Source: Rebecca billardiae RCC1528 (Eukaryota; Protista; Haptophyta). Taken from it: a DNA stretch of 64,000 nucleotides. The stretch is from positions 2,108,001 through 2,172,000 of the forward strand of contig OZ251233.1 in NCBI GenBank assembly GCA_965240325.2, given 5' to 3'. The position numbers and the translations under genes are program-made. Every line of letters starts with the position of its first letter. Within the stretch, counting starts at the first letter, position 1. Shown piece by piece: positions 52,616-64,000 of the stretch. A model generated the notes under the pieces. The model had not been told where the DNA came from, made no database searches, and was given only the letters and a program-made list of their open reading frames with translations.

Positions 52616-55600
52616 ATGGAGCGCGAGGGCTCTCGAAAGGGGCCCCCGCGGAGCCCTGTGACCTCTTCGTCCTTCTCCCGTGCATTCCACAGCATGCAAC
52701 GCGGAGCGGCGCGCACCGCGCCGGACGAGCGCCCGGCGTCCGGCCACGCGGCGCTCTGGCAGAGCAAGAAGTCGCCGAGCCCGACCCGCGTCGCACCCGA
52801 GCACACGACGAGCACCTCCACGGTGGAGGATGGCCAGGAGATGGACGAGGCGAAGCTCCTGCAGCTGCCCGCGCTGCGGCGGTGGGACGACGCCTTCGCC
52901 GAGCTCGTCGTCGAGGACGAGTTCCTCAAGGCGCAGCGCATCCCCGCGATGCGCGCCATGGCGCCGCGCGTGCTCGGCGGCGCGGCGTTCGGGCTGTTCC
53001 TGGCGACGGTGTTCCACGTGCTGCACGGCGGATTCACGCCGATCGGCTACGTCGGGGCGGCGCTCTCGGTGCTCGTCCTCGGCCTGGCGCTCGCGATGCG
53101 CCGGCTCTCGCGCGCGCAGCAGCTGCCGCACGACCGTCTGCAGCAGCTGCTCACCGCTGTGCTCGCGCTCGTGCTGATGCTGATCGCCGCGCAGCCGGTG
53201 ATCGACTTCGGCGGGCACGCTCATCAGGACGCGGCGATGCACCACCCGTCCCGACCGCACATGATGGACGCGTCGCTCGTGCTCATCCCGCTCGGCCTTG
53301 CGCTCATCTCGCTGTTTGCGGACCTGCCGACGCCGCACGTGGCGGTGGTGGCGGGCCTGAGCGCGCTCTCGGCCGCGGTCTCGCACGTCGTGCTCTCGGC
53401 GTGGCACACGCAGTCGGTGCTCGTCGTGCTCGGCCTGCTCGCGATCGCCGTCGTCACCCCGCTCTCCACGCGCCGCGCCGCGCGGCTGCAGCGCGGGCAG
53501 TACCACTTCTACCGCTCGGTGATGCATGCGCTGTATGAGGTGCACAAGGGGAGGCAGGAGCGCGTGAGCCGCGAGGAGGCGCTCTCCCTCGAGCACGCGG
53601 CGAAGGACGCGCGCTCCAGGCTGATCCGCGTGGTGCGCGGCGGCGCGCGCCTCGGCGCCCCGCGTGCGACGCGCGCCGCTCGCCGCGCGCGGCTAAGCGG
53701 GCCCGGGCCTGACGGCCTGACCCGCGCGCCGCGCCGCCTCTGCCGCGCGCGCCGCGCCCTCCGCCCGCCCTGCCGCCGTCGCGCCGCCGCGCCTCCGCCT
53801 CCGCCCTCAGGTGATGCACGACCTGCGCTCGCCGCTGCTCGCCGTGCACAACCTCGCCAGCTTCCTGGCGACCAAGCCGCCGGAGTCGCTGATCGGCGCC
53901 CCGGACGTCGTCGACTCGGTCGCTGCGCTCGAGAGCTGCTCGGCGCTGATGCAGCGCATCGTCTCGGACATGCTCGGTGCGGCGCGGCGCCTGCCGCGGC
54001 CCTCGCGCGGACCCCGGAGCGCGCGGCGGCGCGCGCGCGCCCCGCGCGTGCGCTCCTGCGCGCGCGCGCGGCGCGGATGGGCGGGCGCGGCGCGTGCGCC
54101 CCACGCGCTCACTCACGAACGCACGCACGCGCGCGCCCGCGCCGGCCGGCCGCCCGCCCCGCCCACACCGCGCGCCACGCACGCCGCCGCGCACTCGCGC
54201 ACACACCGCGCCCCAGACTTTGAGCGGATCGACAGCGGGCGGCTGCAGCTCGTGTACGCGCCCTTCCAGCCGGCGCAGCTGCTGCGCGAGGTCTTCTCGA
54301 CGTACAGCAAGGTGGCGCAGACCAAGGGCGTCGAGCTGTCCATCTCGCTCGAGGCGGCGCGGCTCGAGTCGCTGAGTGTGTACGGGGACGTGCGCCGCAT
54401 CCAGCAGTGCATCAATAACGGCGTGTCCAACTCGATCAAGTTCACCGAGGCGGGCGGCGCCGTCTCGCTCGAGCTGGGCGAGCGCGAGCACGAGCAGGCG
54501 GCGGCCGGCTTCCGCAAGCTGCGCATCGTCGTGCGTGACAACGGGCACGGGCTCTCGCGCGCCGAGCTGAAGCAGCTCAACACGGGCGGCCCCTTCCAGC
54601 AGGTGGGCAAGGGGCAGCTGCAGGGGAACGGCGGCACCGGCCTCGGGCTGAGCATCACGCGGCAGCTGCTCGCGCTGCACCACGGCTCGGAGCTCCGCCT
54701 GTGGTCCGCCGGGCCCGGGCTCGGCTCCTCCTTCGAGATGAACGTGATCTGCCCGCCGCCGCCGCCGGCCGAGCTGCCGCTCGCGCAGCCGGGCGCGCGG
54801 CCGGCGGGGCAGCCGCCGTCGGCGCCCAACGTCTCGTGCCGGCTGCCGGCCGACGCGCCCGCCGCCGCGGGCGGGGAGGCGGAGCCGCGGCCTCCGCGCC
54901 AGAGCATGGATGACGCGCTCGACGAGACCGACGCCGACGTGATGATCGAGGAGACCATCCGCCGCGCGGCGATCACGAGCCGGCCGGAGATGGACTCCAA
55001 GGAGATGGTCGCGCGCCGCGCCTCGCCTGCGCTCTACATCCGACGCTCGCGCGCGGCGTCGTCGCGCCGCGCGTCTCGCTCGCAGTCGTGCGGCAACAAC
55101 ACCTTCGCCTCGAACGGCAGCGTCGGCGACGCCTCGAGCAGCGGCGTCGGCGGTGGGCCCGCGAGCGCGGAGATGGTGGACCGGCTGGTGATCGCCGGCA
55201 CGGGCGCGCATGAGCGCTCACCGCCGCCGCCGGGCGGCACCGAGCGGCCGGCCGCGCTTGAGACGGCGGCGCAGCGCATGGCCGGAACGTCGGCCACGGC
55301 TGGCACGGCGCCGCTCGCCCTCGCCTCGACCGCTGCGTTGGCGTCGGCGGACCCCGCGCCGCCCGCCGACGGCCCGCCCACCCTGCCGCCCGCCTTCCGC
55401 TGCCTCCACGTCGAGGACGACGCCATGCTGCGCATGACACTCCCCATCTCGACGTTTGTCAAGCTGGGCTGCGAGTACGACCAAGCGGTGAACGGCGAGG
55501 ACGCGATGCGGCTCGTGCACAAGCGCAAGCGCGAGGCGGGGCACGAGTACGACGTGGTCGTGATGGACAACCAGATGCCCGTGATGACGGGCGCGGCGTG

Positions 55601-56145
55601 CACGCGCGAGCTCCGCCTCAACGGCTACCGCGGCATCATCATCGGGCTCACCGGTGCGCCAAGCGCGCGCGCGCGCGCGCGCGGCCGGCTGCGCGCCACG
55701 CGCGCCGCACACGGCCTCGCGGCTGAGCGCGCACCGGGCTGCCGCGCACCGCGCGCACCGCGCGTCCGCAGGAGACCCGACGGGCTGCTCGGAGCGCGAC
55801 GAGTTCGAGGCGGCCGGCCTCGACCTGTGCTGCGACAAGGACCTCGCCGGCATCGAGATGATCCTCGAGACCATCAAGAAGACAGCGGCCGGCGCGGGCT
55901 CTGAGGCGGCCGAGCACGAGACGCGCGCGCGCAGGCACAAGCCGCTGCTCACGTCGGGCATGTTCACCTCGGGGGACTTTAGCGCCTGCATGCCGACGGC
56001 GCGCACGGACTCGCCGCACTCGAGCGCGCCGGGAGCCTCGCGAGCAGCCTCGACTCCGCCAGGCCGCCCGCTCGAGCGCGTGGTGGCGTCCACAGACGCC
56101 GACGATGTGATCGCGCTTGCGGCGGCGGACGTGTCGCCGCGATGA
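52616..56145 (+). CDS. Membrane hybrid histidine kinase (about 6 TM, HisKA, HATPase_c, REC; 4 exons)
   Basis: H-box MHDLRSPL, N-box QCINNGVSNSIKFT, G1 DNGHGL, G2 GGTGLGLSI, and REC motifs HVEDD and VMDNQMPVMTG. Introns 53633-53810, 53977-54216 and 55654-55771. Confidence 0.92.
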
Positions 56146-56532
56146 CGTCGATGACGCGGACGGCGTGATATCCAAGTGACGATTTGCGACTACTTATAGA
56201 CGAAGCAGTAGTAGCTTCGTGTAGTTATTGGCGCCGATGAATCATCATCAGTAGTAGTAGTAGATTCCGAAGCACATGCACGGTAGCGTCGTCACGTACT
56301 GCGCGCGGCGCGCGCGCTAGGACCGCGCGGCGGACTCCGACAGTGTCCATGAGTAAGTAGTAACTGCGTGAGTCACTGACACTGAGTGGCGTGAGTAGTG
56401 CGTGACACTGACCGTCGTCGTCCGTCTCCCGCGACGGAGCCTACGGAGTCATCACGGATACTCGCGGCGAGGCCCGCGCCGAGCTGTCGTACTGCGCTGC
56501 TATAAGACTACGACGCAGCCTGGTACCGATAG

Positions 56533-58095
56533 TCACTGTTCTATTGTCAGCCGCCGCCGCAGGCGCAGCCCCATGCGCGTGCGCGCCAGGTCCACCCAGC
56601 TGCTCGACGCGAGCGTGACGACGTCCGGCAGCGGCGGCCCGTTCTGAGCAGTGTCAGGCGGCGAGCTCATCAGGATCTGGGTCGCGTTCGGCCCGAGGCC
56701 CACACGGGCACTGCGGGTCTTGTGGCTGCGCCGGTCGCCGACGGCCGCGCAGCCCCCGGCGTCGGCCGCGGTGTTGAGCACGCGCACGGTCGAGCCGTGC
56801 GCCGCCTGCGCGACCGCGGCCGACGTGAGCCCAAAGCTCGAGACCGAGACGACAAGCACGGCGCAGCGCGTGGCGAGGAGGCGCCACGCGCTGAGCGTGA
56901 GGCCGAGCGGCGAGAGCGTCGGGTCGGGCGCCTGCTGCGCCATCCGCCCGGCGCGCGCCGAGCCGTGCGCCTCCTGCCTCGCGTGCCGCAGCGCGCCGTG
57001 CCGCAGCGCGCCGTGCAGCTGCGCGCGCAGCTCCGCCCGCAGGTCGGCCAGCGGCTCAGAGTGGCGCGGCTGCGCGGGCTCGACGTGCAGTCGCGCGCCC
57101 AGCTCGGCGCGCGCGTTGGCGCGGAGCGCGGCCGAGTCGGTGGAGAGGTGCCACCACGGCGCGCGGCCGCGCCACGGCGCGTGCCGCGCCTCGAGCTCGC
57201 GCGCGCAGCCGAAGAATCCGGACACGGCCGCGGTCGTCAGGTTGCGCGCGCGCCCGTACCGCACGTCCGAGCCCCACCGCTCCGAGTAGAGGTCGGAGTC
57301 GGCCATCTTGCCGTCGGTGCGCGGGACGGCGGTGCCCGTGCGCAGCTGGATGCAGAGCCCGCGCGTCTGGTGCGCGCCGAGCGCGCGCAGGTCGGGGTCG
57401 CGCTGCTCGCGCGCGCGCAGCCGCGCGCTCGGCTGCAGCAGCGCGTGCAGCACGCACGCGTCCCACGCGCCCAGCTGCGCGATCGAAGGCGGGCGCGGCC
57501 CGAGCCTGAGCGCGTCGACGAGCCGGGCGCGCAGGCGGTGGGAGTGGAGGAGGGCCTCCGCGGGGCCGCGGTTCCCCGAGACCACCACCCACTTCGCGCG
57601 CCCCGCCTCGAGCTCGACCAGCCCCTCGAGCGCGCGTTGGAACGCGTCGAACGGCGAGTTTCGGAAGCTGAGCATCGAGACCGTCGGACTGAGGTGGCAC
57701 AGGGCGGCGGGGGCGTACACGTCGGTCTGGTCGCACCGCTTGAGCGCGTCCGGCGCAAGCGCGCGGTAGAGCTCGCTCTGGCTGCTCGCCGCCAGCGGCG
57801 AGACGCTGAGCCTGCCGTAGCTGATGAGGCCATCCATCTGCGGCCACCACACGCGCAGCGCGCTCTTGCGCAGGATCGCGACCCACACCGCGCAGAGGAG
57901 GCCGGTGAAGAGGTCACCCAGGCCCTGCTTCGGAGGGATGAAGAGCACCTGCCCCTGCGCGTGCTTCTGCGCGTGCCACAGCGCGCTCAACGGCGGCAGC
58001 GCGCGCGTGCACTCGGGCTTCGCGCCCGTGTGCGCGTGATGCGGCATCGCTTTGCGCGCGGTTCGTTCGGCGGGCGGTTCGGGCTTTCCGTACAT
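56533..58095 (-). CDS. GDP-fucose-dependent fucosyltransferase-like protein (alpha-1,2/1,6/O-FucT superfamily)
   Basis: QGLGD motif, motif I CIQLRTG, motif II WHLSTDS and motif III WRLLATRCAVLVVSVSSFG. The 5' end is uncertain. Confidence 0.65.
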   Translation of the reverse strand: MYGKPEPPAERTARKAMPHHAHTGAKPECTRALPPLSALWHAQKHAQGQVLFIPPKQGLGDLFTGLLCAVWVAILRKSALRVWWPQMDGLISYGRLSVSPLAASSQSELYRALAPDALKRCDQTDVYAPAALCHLSPTVSMLSFRNSPFDAFQRALEGLVELEAGRAKWVVVSGNRGPAEALLHSHRLRARLVDALRLGPRPPSIAQLGAWDACVLHALLQPSARLRAREQRDPDLRALGAHQTRGLCIQLRTGTAVPRTDGKMADSDLYSERWGSDVRYGRARNLTTAAVSGFFGCARELEARHAPWRGRAPWWHLSTDSAALRANARAELGARLHVEPAQPRHSEPLADLRAELRAQLHGALRHGALRHARQEAHGSARAGRMAQQAPDPTLSPLGLTLSAWRLLATRCAVLVVSVSSFGLTSAAVAQAAHGSTVRVLNTAADAGGCAAVGDRRSHKTRSARVGLGPNATQILMSSPPDTAQNGPPLPDVVTLASSSWVDLARTRMGLRLRRRLTIEQ

Positions 58096-58591
58096 CAGTA
58101 TTCAGTATGGGTTTATTGGGCCTTTTCGATCGAAATCGGTTCCCAACTCCGACGACGACGACGGCATCGTCAGTCTGTAGATCGAACCGGACTGTATTGT
58201 TACGAAGCTGTGACATCAAGCTTTAAGCTTGTCTCGTCAGTCGTCGCATTAACTAGCTATGAGCCTAGAGTGAGACTGTGATGCATATGAATCAGACGAA
58301 TGGATGGTCGGGTCCGACGCTTGTTGGGCGGCCCTCAGTGGCCCTTGAAGCACCGTCATCGCGATGGCATGGCCTTCCCGCTTCTTCCCCCGGAATGATC
58401 AAGTCCACGCGACGACGCCAGTCGCGGCAACAGTTGTCCCAATCCGACGATCGACGACTCGGTGCACGTGCTTGGCGCCGCCACTGCGGCGGCTGCCGCC
58501 TGCCGTAGTGACGACCGAGGTAGGCAAGGGCGCTCCGTGGCCTCGGCCCCCCGCCATCCCCCTGCGCGCGCAACCCGCACGGCGCGCGCGC

Positions 58592-59596
<1,005 letters not shown>

Positions 59597-59940
59597 TTAC
59601 GTCGCGCAGCACCGGCTTCGCGGCCGCTGCCCACCAGCCGGCTGCTCTGAACACGACGAATCTTCCTGCACACGAGATCGCATCTGGGAGCCAACCCCGG
59701 CCGTCCGGGCCCGGTGCGACCTATCATTTAAAATCATTTTTGGGCTCCGCGCTCGCCAGCGTGGCCGCCATCGAGCCCATCGACTTGATGACGATCGAGC
59801 GACGCGAGCGACGATCACGATGTCGATGCGAGCATCATCTAGCTACTAAGTCGCGACACGGCCCCAGCGTCTGCAACGGGCTCGGCGCGAGCTCACGGCC
59901 GCCGCCGGCTGCCGCCCCTTCGCGGTTCGCCCCCGCCGTG

Positions 59941-61227
59941 TCACAACCGGCTCGTCGCGCCCGCCACCTTGACGCGCACCACGCGCCGCCCCGCCTCGCG
60001 CAGGCCGTACCCGTCCGCGTCGGCGAGGCTGAGGAGCTCGAGCTCGACCGAGTCGCCCACCTCCGCCGCCTCCATCGCCTTGAAGAGGTCGAGCGACGAC
60101 TTGACGGTGCGCTTGTTGAGCGAGACGATCACGTCGCCCAGCTCCAGCGCGCCGTTCCGCGCGCGCTTCGTCCCGCGCACGCCCGCGTGCGCGGCGCCGC
60201 TCCCCGGCTGCACCTCGAAGACGAGCACGCCGTCGACGCCGATGCGGTGGTGCGTGAAGTGGTCGGGCGCCATGCGCACGCCGAGCGACGGGCGGACGAC
60301 GTGGCCGTGCGAGATGATCTGCTGCACAGAGATGCGCACCGCGTCGATCGGTATGCTCATGCCGATCCCCGCGCTCGCCCCCGACGTCGAGTAGATCGCC
60401 GTGTTCAGCCCGATCACCTCGCCCGCGCTGTTGAGCAGCGGGCCGCCCGACGAGCCCGGGTTGAGGGCCGCGTCCGTCTGGATGCAGCCGGTGATCGGAC
60501 GGCCGCCTCGGCCCATCATGTCTCGGCCGAGGCCCGAGACGACGCCGGTGGTGAGCGTGTGGTCCAGCCCGAACGGGTTGCCGATCGCCAGCGTGCGCTG
60601 CCCCACCTGCAGCGTGGCCGACGTGCCCAGCCGCAGCGGGCGCCGCTCCTTGGGGCCGGCGTCGATGCGCAGCACCGCGATGTCGCGGTCCGGGTCGGTG
60701 CCGACGATGGTGGCGGCGTGCATGGACTGGTCGGCGAAGGTGACCTGCAGCTCGGACGCGCCGGCGACGACGTGCAGGTTCGTCACGACGTGCCCCTTGC
60801 CGTCCCACACGAACCCCGAGCCCGAGCCCGCCGGGATGTCGTACTGCGGCTGGAACATCTGACGCACGGTGCGCATGTTGGTCACGTGCACGACGGAGTC
60901 GCAGCTCTCGGCGAAGACCTGCGGCGGCACGGACGCGGCGGGGCGCGGGGCGCGCGGGCGCGGGATGGGGCGGTCGGAGCCGCACGCCGAGCGCCGCCGG
61001 GCGTCGCGCGCCGCCGCGCCGGCGGCGGCGGAGGCGGCAGCGCGCGCCTTGACGACGCGCTCCTCGTGCTGGTCCAGCCGAGCGTTGCCGTCGGCGCGCT
61101 GCTGCTCGCACGCGGGCGCGGCGGAGGAGGCGGAGGCGGCGAGCACGGCGCCGCCGCCACCGACCGCCGCCGCCGCCGTTGCCAGCGCGCGGCGCGATGC
61201 GGAGGCGAGGCCGAGCATGCGCAGCAT
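59941..61227 (-). CDS. DEGP: Deg/HtrA serine protease (trypsin-like + PDZ)
   Basis: GSGSGFVWD..GHVVTNLHVV (H), DIAVL (D), IQTDAALNPGSSGGPL (S) and a PDZ domain with LGDVIVSLN. GC-AG intron 60919-61047; organellar presequence. Confidence 0.93.
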   Translation of the reverse strand: MLRMLGLASASRRALATAAAAVGGGGAVLAASASSAAPACEQQRADGNARLDQHEERVVKARAAASAAAGAAARDARRRSACGSDRPIPRPRAPRPAASVPPQVFAESCDSVVHVTNMRTVRQMFQPQYDIPAGSGSGFVWDGKGHVVTNLHVVAGASELQVTFADQSMHAATIVGTDPDRDIAVLRIDAGPKERRPLRLGTSATLQVGQRTLAIGNPFGLDHTLTTGVVSGLGRDMMGRGGRPITGCIQTDAALNPGSSGGPLLNSAGEVIGLNTAIYSTSGASAGIGMSIPIDAVRISVQQIISHGHVVRPSLGVRMAPDHFTHHRIGVDGVLVFEVQPGSGAAHAGVRGTKRARNGALELGDVIVSLNKRTVKSSLDLFKAMEAAEVGDSVELELLSLADADGYGLREAGRRVVRVKVAGATSRL

Positions 61228-61430
61228 GCCGACCGACGACGCGCGGAGACGCGGCGCGGCGCGCAGCAGACGGGGTGACGAAGCCGTCGAAGCGTGACGA
61301 TGCCGGTCCGGTGCAGACCTGCGCTGGCAGTGCTTGATGAATGATGAGTTCCATCCAGAGTTGATGAGCGCAGGAGCCCGCCAGGCCAAAACGGCGCGCG
61401 CGTTTGAAAGCCCGCCTTCGCAGCCCAGTC

Positions 61431-64000
61431 ATGCGCCGCGGAACTCTCCTCTGCGCCGCCGTCGCCGCGCTCGCCGTGGCGAGCGCGGGCGCCTTCTCGC
61501 TGCCACGCACGCTCTTCGCGCCGGCCAGCAGCCCGCTGCCGCCGCCACCGCCGCCGCCGCCACCACCGCTCGCCCATGCGTGGTGGGCGCGCGCGTGGGC
61601 GGCGCTCAGCCGGTGGCTGTGGTCTCCCGCGCGCGCCAAGCACGCGCACGCAGATGCGCCGCCGCCGCCGCCGCCGCCGCCCGCCGCCAAGGCGGTGGGC
61701 ATCGAGATCGACCCCCCCGAGCCGCCCGACGCCTTCGCCCTGCCCACCTCCGCCGCGGGCTGGCACCACGTCCTGCAGCACCTCGCGCAGCGGCGCGCGG
61801 TCGGTGACTTCAGCCGAGCGAGGGCGCTCGCGCTCTCCGGCCGCGGGCGCGCGCGCGAGCCGGCGGGCTCCGCGCTAGTGGTCGCGGCTCCGACGGCCGC
61901 CGCCCTCGCCGAGGAGGCCGCCCTGCTCGAGCAGGAGGCCGCCGAGTGCCACGGCGCCCTCGCCGGGCTCGCCGTCTCCTGGGACTCGGCGCTGCGTCGC
62001 GCGGAGGCCGAGGCGAGCGCGAGGCACAGGGGCGCGCTGGAGGAGCAGCGCGTGCGCGCGGACATCGCGGAGGCGCGCGCGCGCGAGGCTGAGCGCGCGC
62101 TCCGCGCGCTCGAGGCCACTGCAACCCGCCCTGCGCCGCCGCACACGCAGCGGCGCAGGGTGGGCTCGGCGCGCGCGCGCCAAGCGGCCGCGGCCGACGA
62201 CGGCGGGCCCGGCGGGGCGGCATGCGCGCTCGCGCTGGCGGCCGCGCTCGCCGCGGCGTGCGCCACGGCGCGTGCCGCCACGGCCGCGATCGGCCGCCGC
62301 CCCGCGCCGCCGATGCGCGCCGCACCGCCCGCGCCGCGCGCGCGCTGCGTGCGCGACGCTCGCTCCGGCTCAGACTGTGTGCTGGCCGGCACAGCAGACG
62401 CGGCGGTGGGCACTGCGCACGCGGCGGCGGCCGGCGGCGCCGAGGCGGCGGCGGCGGCGGCGATCGCGGCGGCGGGGATGCGCCTCGTCGCGCGCACGCA
62501 CCGGCGTGCGCTCGCGCGTCGCGCGCGCGACCAAGCCGCGTCCGCCATCGCCAGCGCCGCGCTGCGTCTCGTCGCGCGCCGGCAGCGCCACGTGCTGGCG
62601 CGCGCGCGCGCGGACGCGGCCGCGGCGCGCGCGGAGGTGGACGCGGCGCTGGCGGACGCGGCGCTGGCGCGTGCGCGCGCGCTCGGCGCAGACGACGGTG
62701 CGAGCCGCGAGCTCGCGAGCTGCGCGTCCGACGCGGACGACCTCTCGTCCTCCTCCGCCGACGAGGCCGCGCGCTCGCCCGCCTCCGCGGCCGCGCGCTC
62801 GCCAGCCGCCGCGGCCGCGCGCCGGCTGCCGTGCTCGCCCGACGGCGCCCAGCTGGTGCGCGCGCCCGCGGCGCTTGCGATGCTCGAGCGCGCGCGGGCG
62901 CGCGAGCGCGCCGCGCGGCGCACGTGCCGGCTGCACGCGTGGCGCCTCTCCGCGAGCAAGGCCACCTCGGGCCGCGCGCTCGTGCGCATGTACGGCCAAC
63001 TCTCCGACGCTCGCGTGCACGCGGAGCTGATTGAGGCGGCTGTCAACGTCGCCACGGCGAGCGCTCGGCCGGGCACGCACGCGCCCGCGCCCACGCTCGC
63101 GAGTGGCAGCGCGCCGCCGTCGCTGCCCGCCTCGACGCATGCCTCGCCGCCGCCCGTGGCGGCTCCAAGCCCGCCCGCCGCCGACACCGGGCAGCACGGC
63201 GCGCCCACGGCTGGCGGCGCCGCCGACGGCGCAGACGGTCGCGCGTGCTGCTGCGCTCGGCCGCACGCCACGGCGGCGGGCGCGGCGGCGGCGCTGCGCA
63301 TTGTCGCGAGCGGGCTGGAGGCGTGCGACGAGGCCAGCCCGCTCAGCGACGCGGCGCTCTCCGCCGACGCGCCGCACGCGCCGCCGGCCGTGCTGCGCGC
63401 AGGCCGCGCGGCCGCGCTGCGCTGCGGCAGCAGCGGCAGCTCAGTCGGAATCGTCACGGCCGCGCCCTCGCCGCTGTCGGACGCGTGGCCCCTTGAGGGG
63501 CAGGAGGAGGCGGGCGGCGAGGAGGCGACGGGCGCGCTGCTGCTGCAGCCGTCATCGCAGCCGCCGTCGCGGCGCGCGCTCACGCCGGTGCGCGCGCGCG
63601 CCTCCCACGCCCGTTGGCGCTCTACCCCTGCGCCCGCGCGCGCCCGCGCCCGCGCGCGCGCCGCCCTGCGCTGCCCTGCGCTGCTCGCCCGGCTCAGCCC
63701 TCGGCCCGTGCCCGGCGCGCGCGCGCTCCGCGCCGCCGCCTGCCCGCGCGCCGCAGGAGCCGTGGGGCGCCCTCGTCTACCTCTCCTCGCCCTCCGCTGG
63801 CTCGGAGCAGGACGCCCCGTCCGGCTGCTCCCCTGGCGGCTGGGAGATGACGGCCTGGGCGGAGATGGGCGCGGCGGGCCCCGGCGCGCGGGGCGGCGAG
63901 TGGTCGTACGAGGGGCAGCCCGGCGCCGTGGCGTGGTCGAGCGTGCTCGCGCGTACGGACGCGCTGAGCAGCAGCCTCGCGGCCGCGGCCACGCGCGCTG
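61431..64000 (+). CDS. Large hypothetical protein with a bipartite plastid-type presequence; runs off the window
   Basis: MRRGTLLCAAVAALAVASAGA|FSLPR, then polyproline and coiled-coil segments. The frame is open to a GT donor at 63588; after the acceptor at 63756 it is open to the window end. Not in the ORF track. Confidence 0.62.
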   Translation, partial: MRRGTLLCAAVAALAVASAGAFSLPRTLFAPASSPLPPPPPPPPPPLAHAWWARAWAALSRWLWSPARAKHAHADAPPPPPPPPAAKAVGIEIDPPEPPDAFALPTSAAGWHHVLQHLAQRRAVGDFSRARALALSGRGRAREPAGSALVVAAPTAAALAEEAALLEQEAAECHGALAGLAVSWDSALRRAEAEASARHRGALEEQRVRADIAEARAREAERALRALEATATRPAPPHTQRRRVGSARARQAAAADDGGPGGAACALALAAALAAACATARAATAAIGRRPAPPMRAAPPAPRARCVRDARSGSDCVLAGTADAAVGTAHAAAAGGAEAAAAAAIAAAGMRLVARTHRRALARRARDQAASAIASAALRLVARRQRHVLARARADAAAARAEVDAALADAALARARALGADDGASRELASCASDADDLSSSSADEAARSPASAAARSPAAAAARRLPCSPDGAQLVRAPAALAMLERARARERAARRTCRLHAWRLSASKATSGRALVRMYGQLSDARVHAELIEAAVNVATASARPGTHAPAPTLASGSAPPSLPASTHASPPPVAAPSPPAADTGQHGAPTAGGAADGADGRACCCARPHATAAGAAAALRIVASGLEACDEASPLSDAALSADAPHAPPAVLRAGRAAALRCGSSGSSVGIVTAAPSPLSDAWPLEGQEEAGGEEATGALLLQPSSQPPSRRALTPVRARASHARWRSTPAPARARARARAALRCPALLARLSPRPVPGARALRAAACPRAAGAVGRPRLPLLALRWLGAGRPVRLLPWRLGDDGLGGDGRGGPRRAGRRVVVRGAARRRGVVERARAYGRAEQQPRGRGHAR

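Noticed and set aside
59846-63583. 1245-aa minus-strand ORF
   Set aside because: Shadow of the + strand gene from 61431 and off-frame to the Deg protease.

Overview
Gene-dense, very GC-rich eukaryotic genomic DNA. Short GC-rich GT(GCGC)..CAG introns, one GC-AG intron and bipartite plastid presequences with an A|F cleavage motif suggest a secondary-plastid alga, most likely a haptophyte (Pavlovales/Diacronema-like; inference). About 24 host genes are present, mostly as tight head-to-head pairs: DUF2009/UPF0652, an R3H/G-patch protein, Ubc6, an LRR protein, a formin, an isochorismatase, a FIST-LON fusion, site-1 protease, a PH-ankyrin protein, Yippee, a membrane-anchored TTL-like ligase, COX16, a phytoene synthase, a hybrid histidine kinase, a fucosyltransferase-like protein, FabG and a Deg protease. 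Two large genes at the window edges are missing from the ORF track. Two mobile elements are not explained by the track. The first is a 2.68-kb non-autonomous DNA transposon (14764-17445) with 32-bp bipartite TIRs starting CACAGTG and a 2-bp TT duplication. The second is a very young gag-only LTR retroelement (45149-48612) with identical 313-bp LTRs, an ATATT target-site duplication and a non-canonical PBS; it sits between two older copies of a TA-flanked repeat, and a copy of its PBS-like sequence lies just outside the 3' LTR. Most long Ala/Arg/Pro ORFs in the track are shadow ORFs caused by high GC. All alignments and gene models were made by eye.
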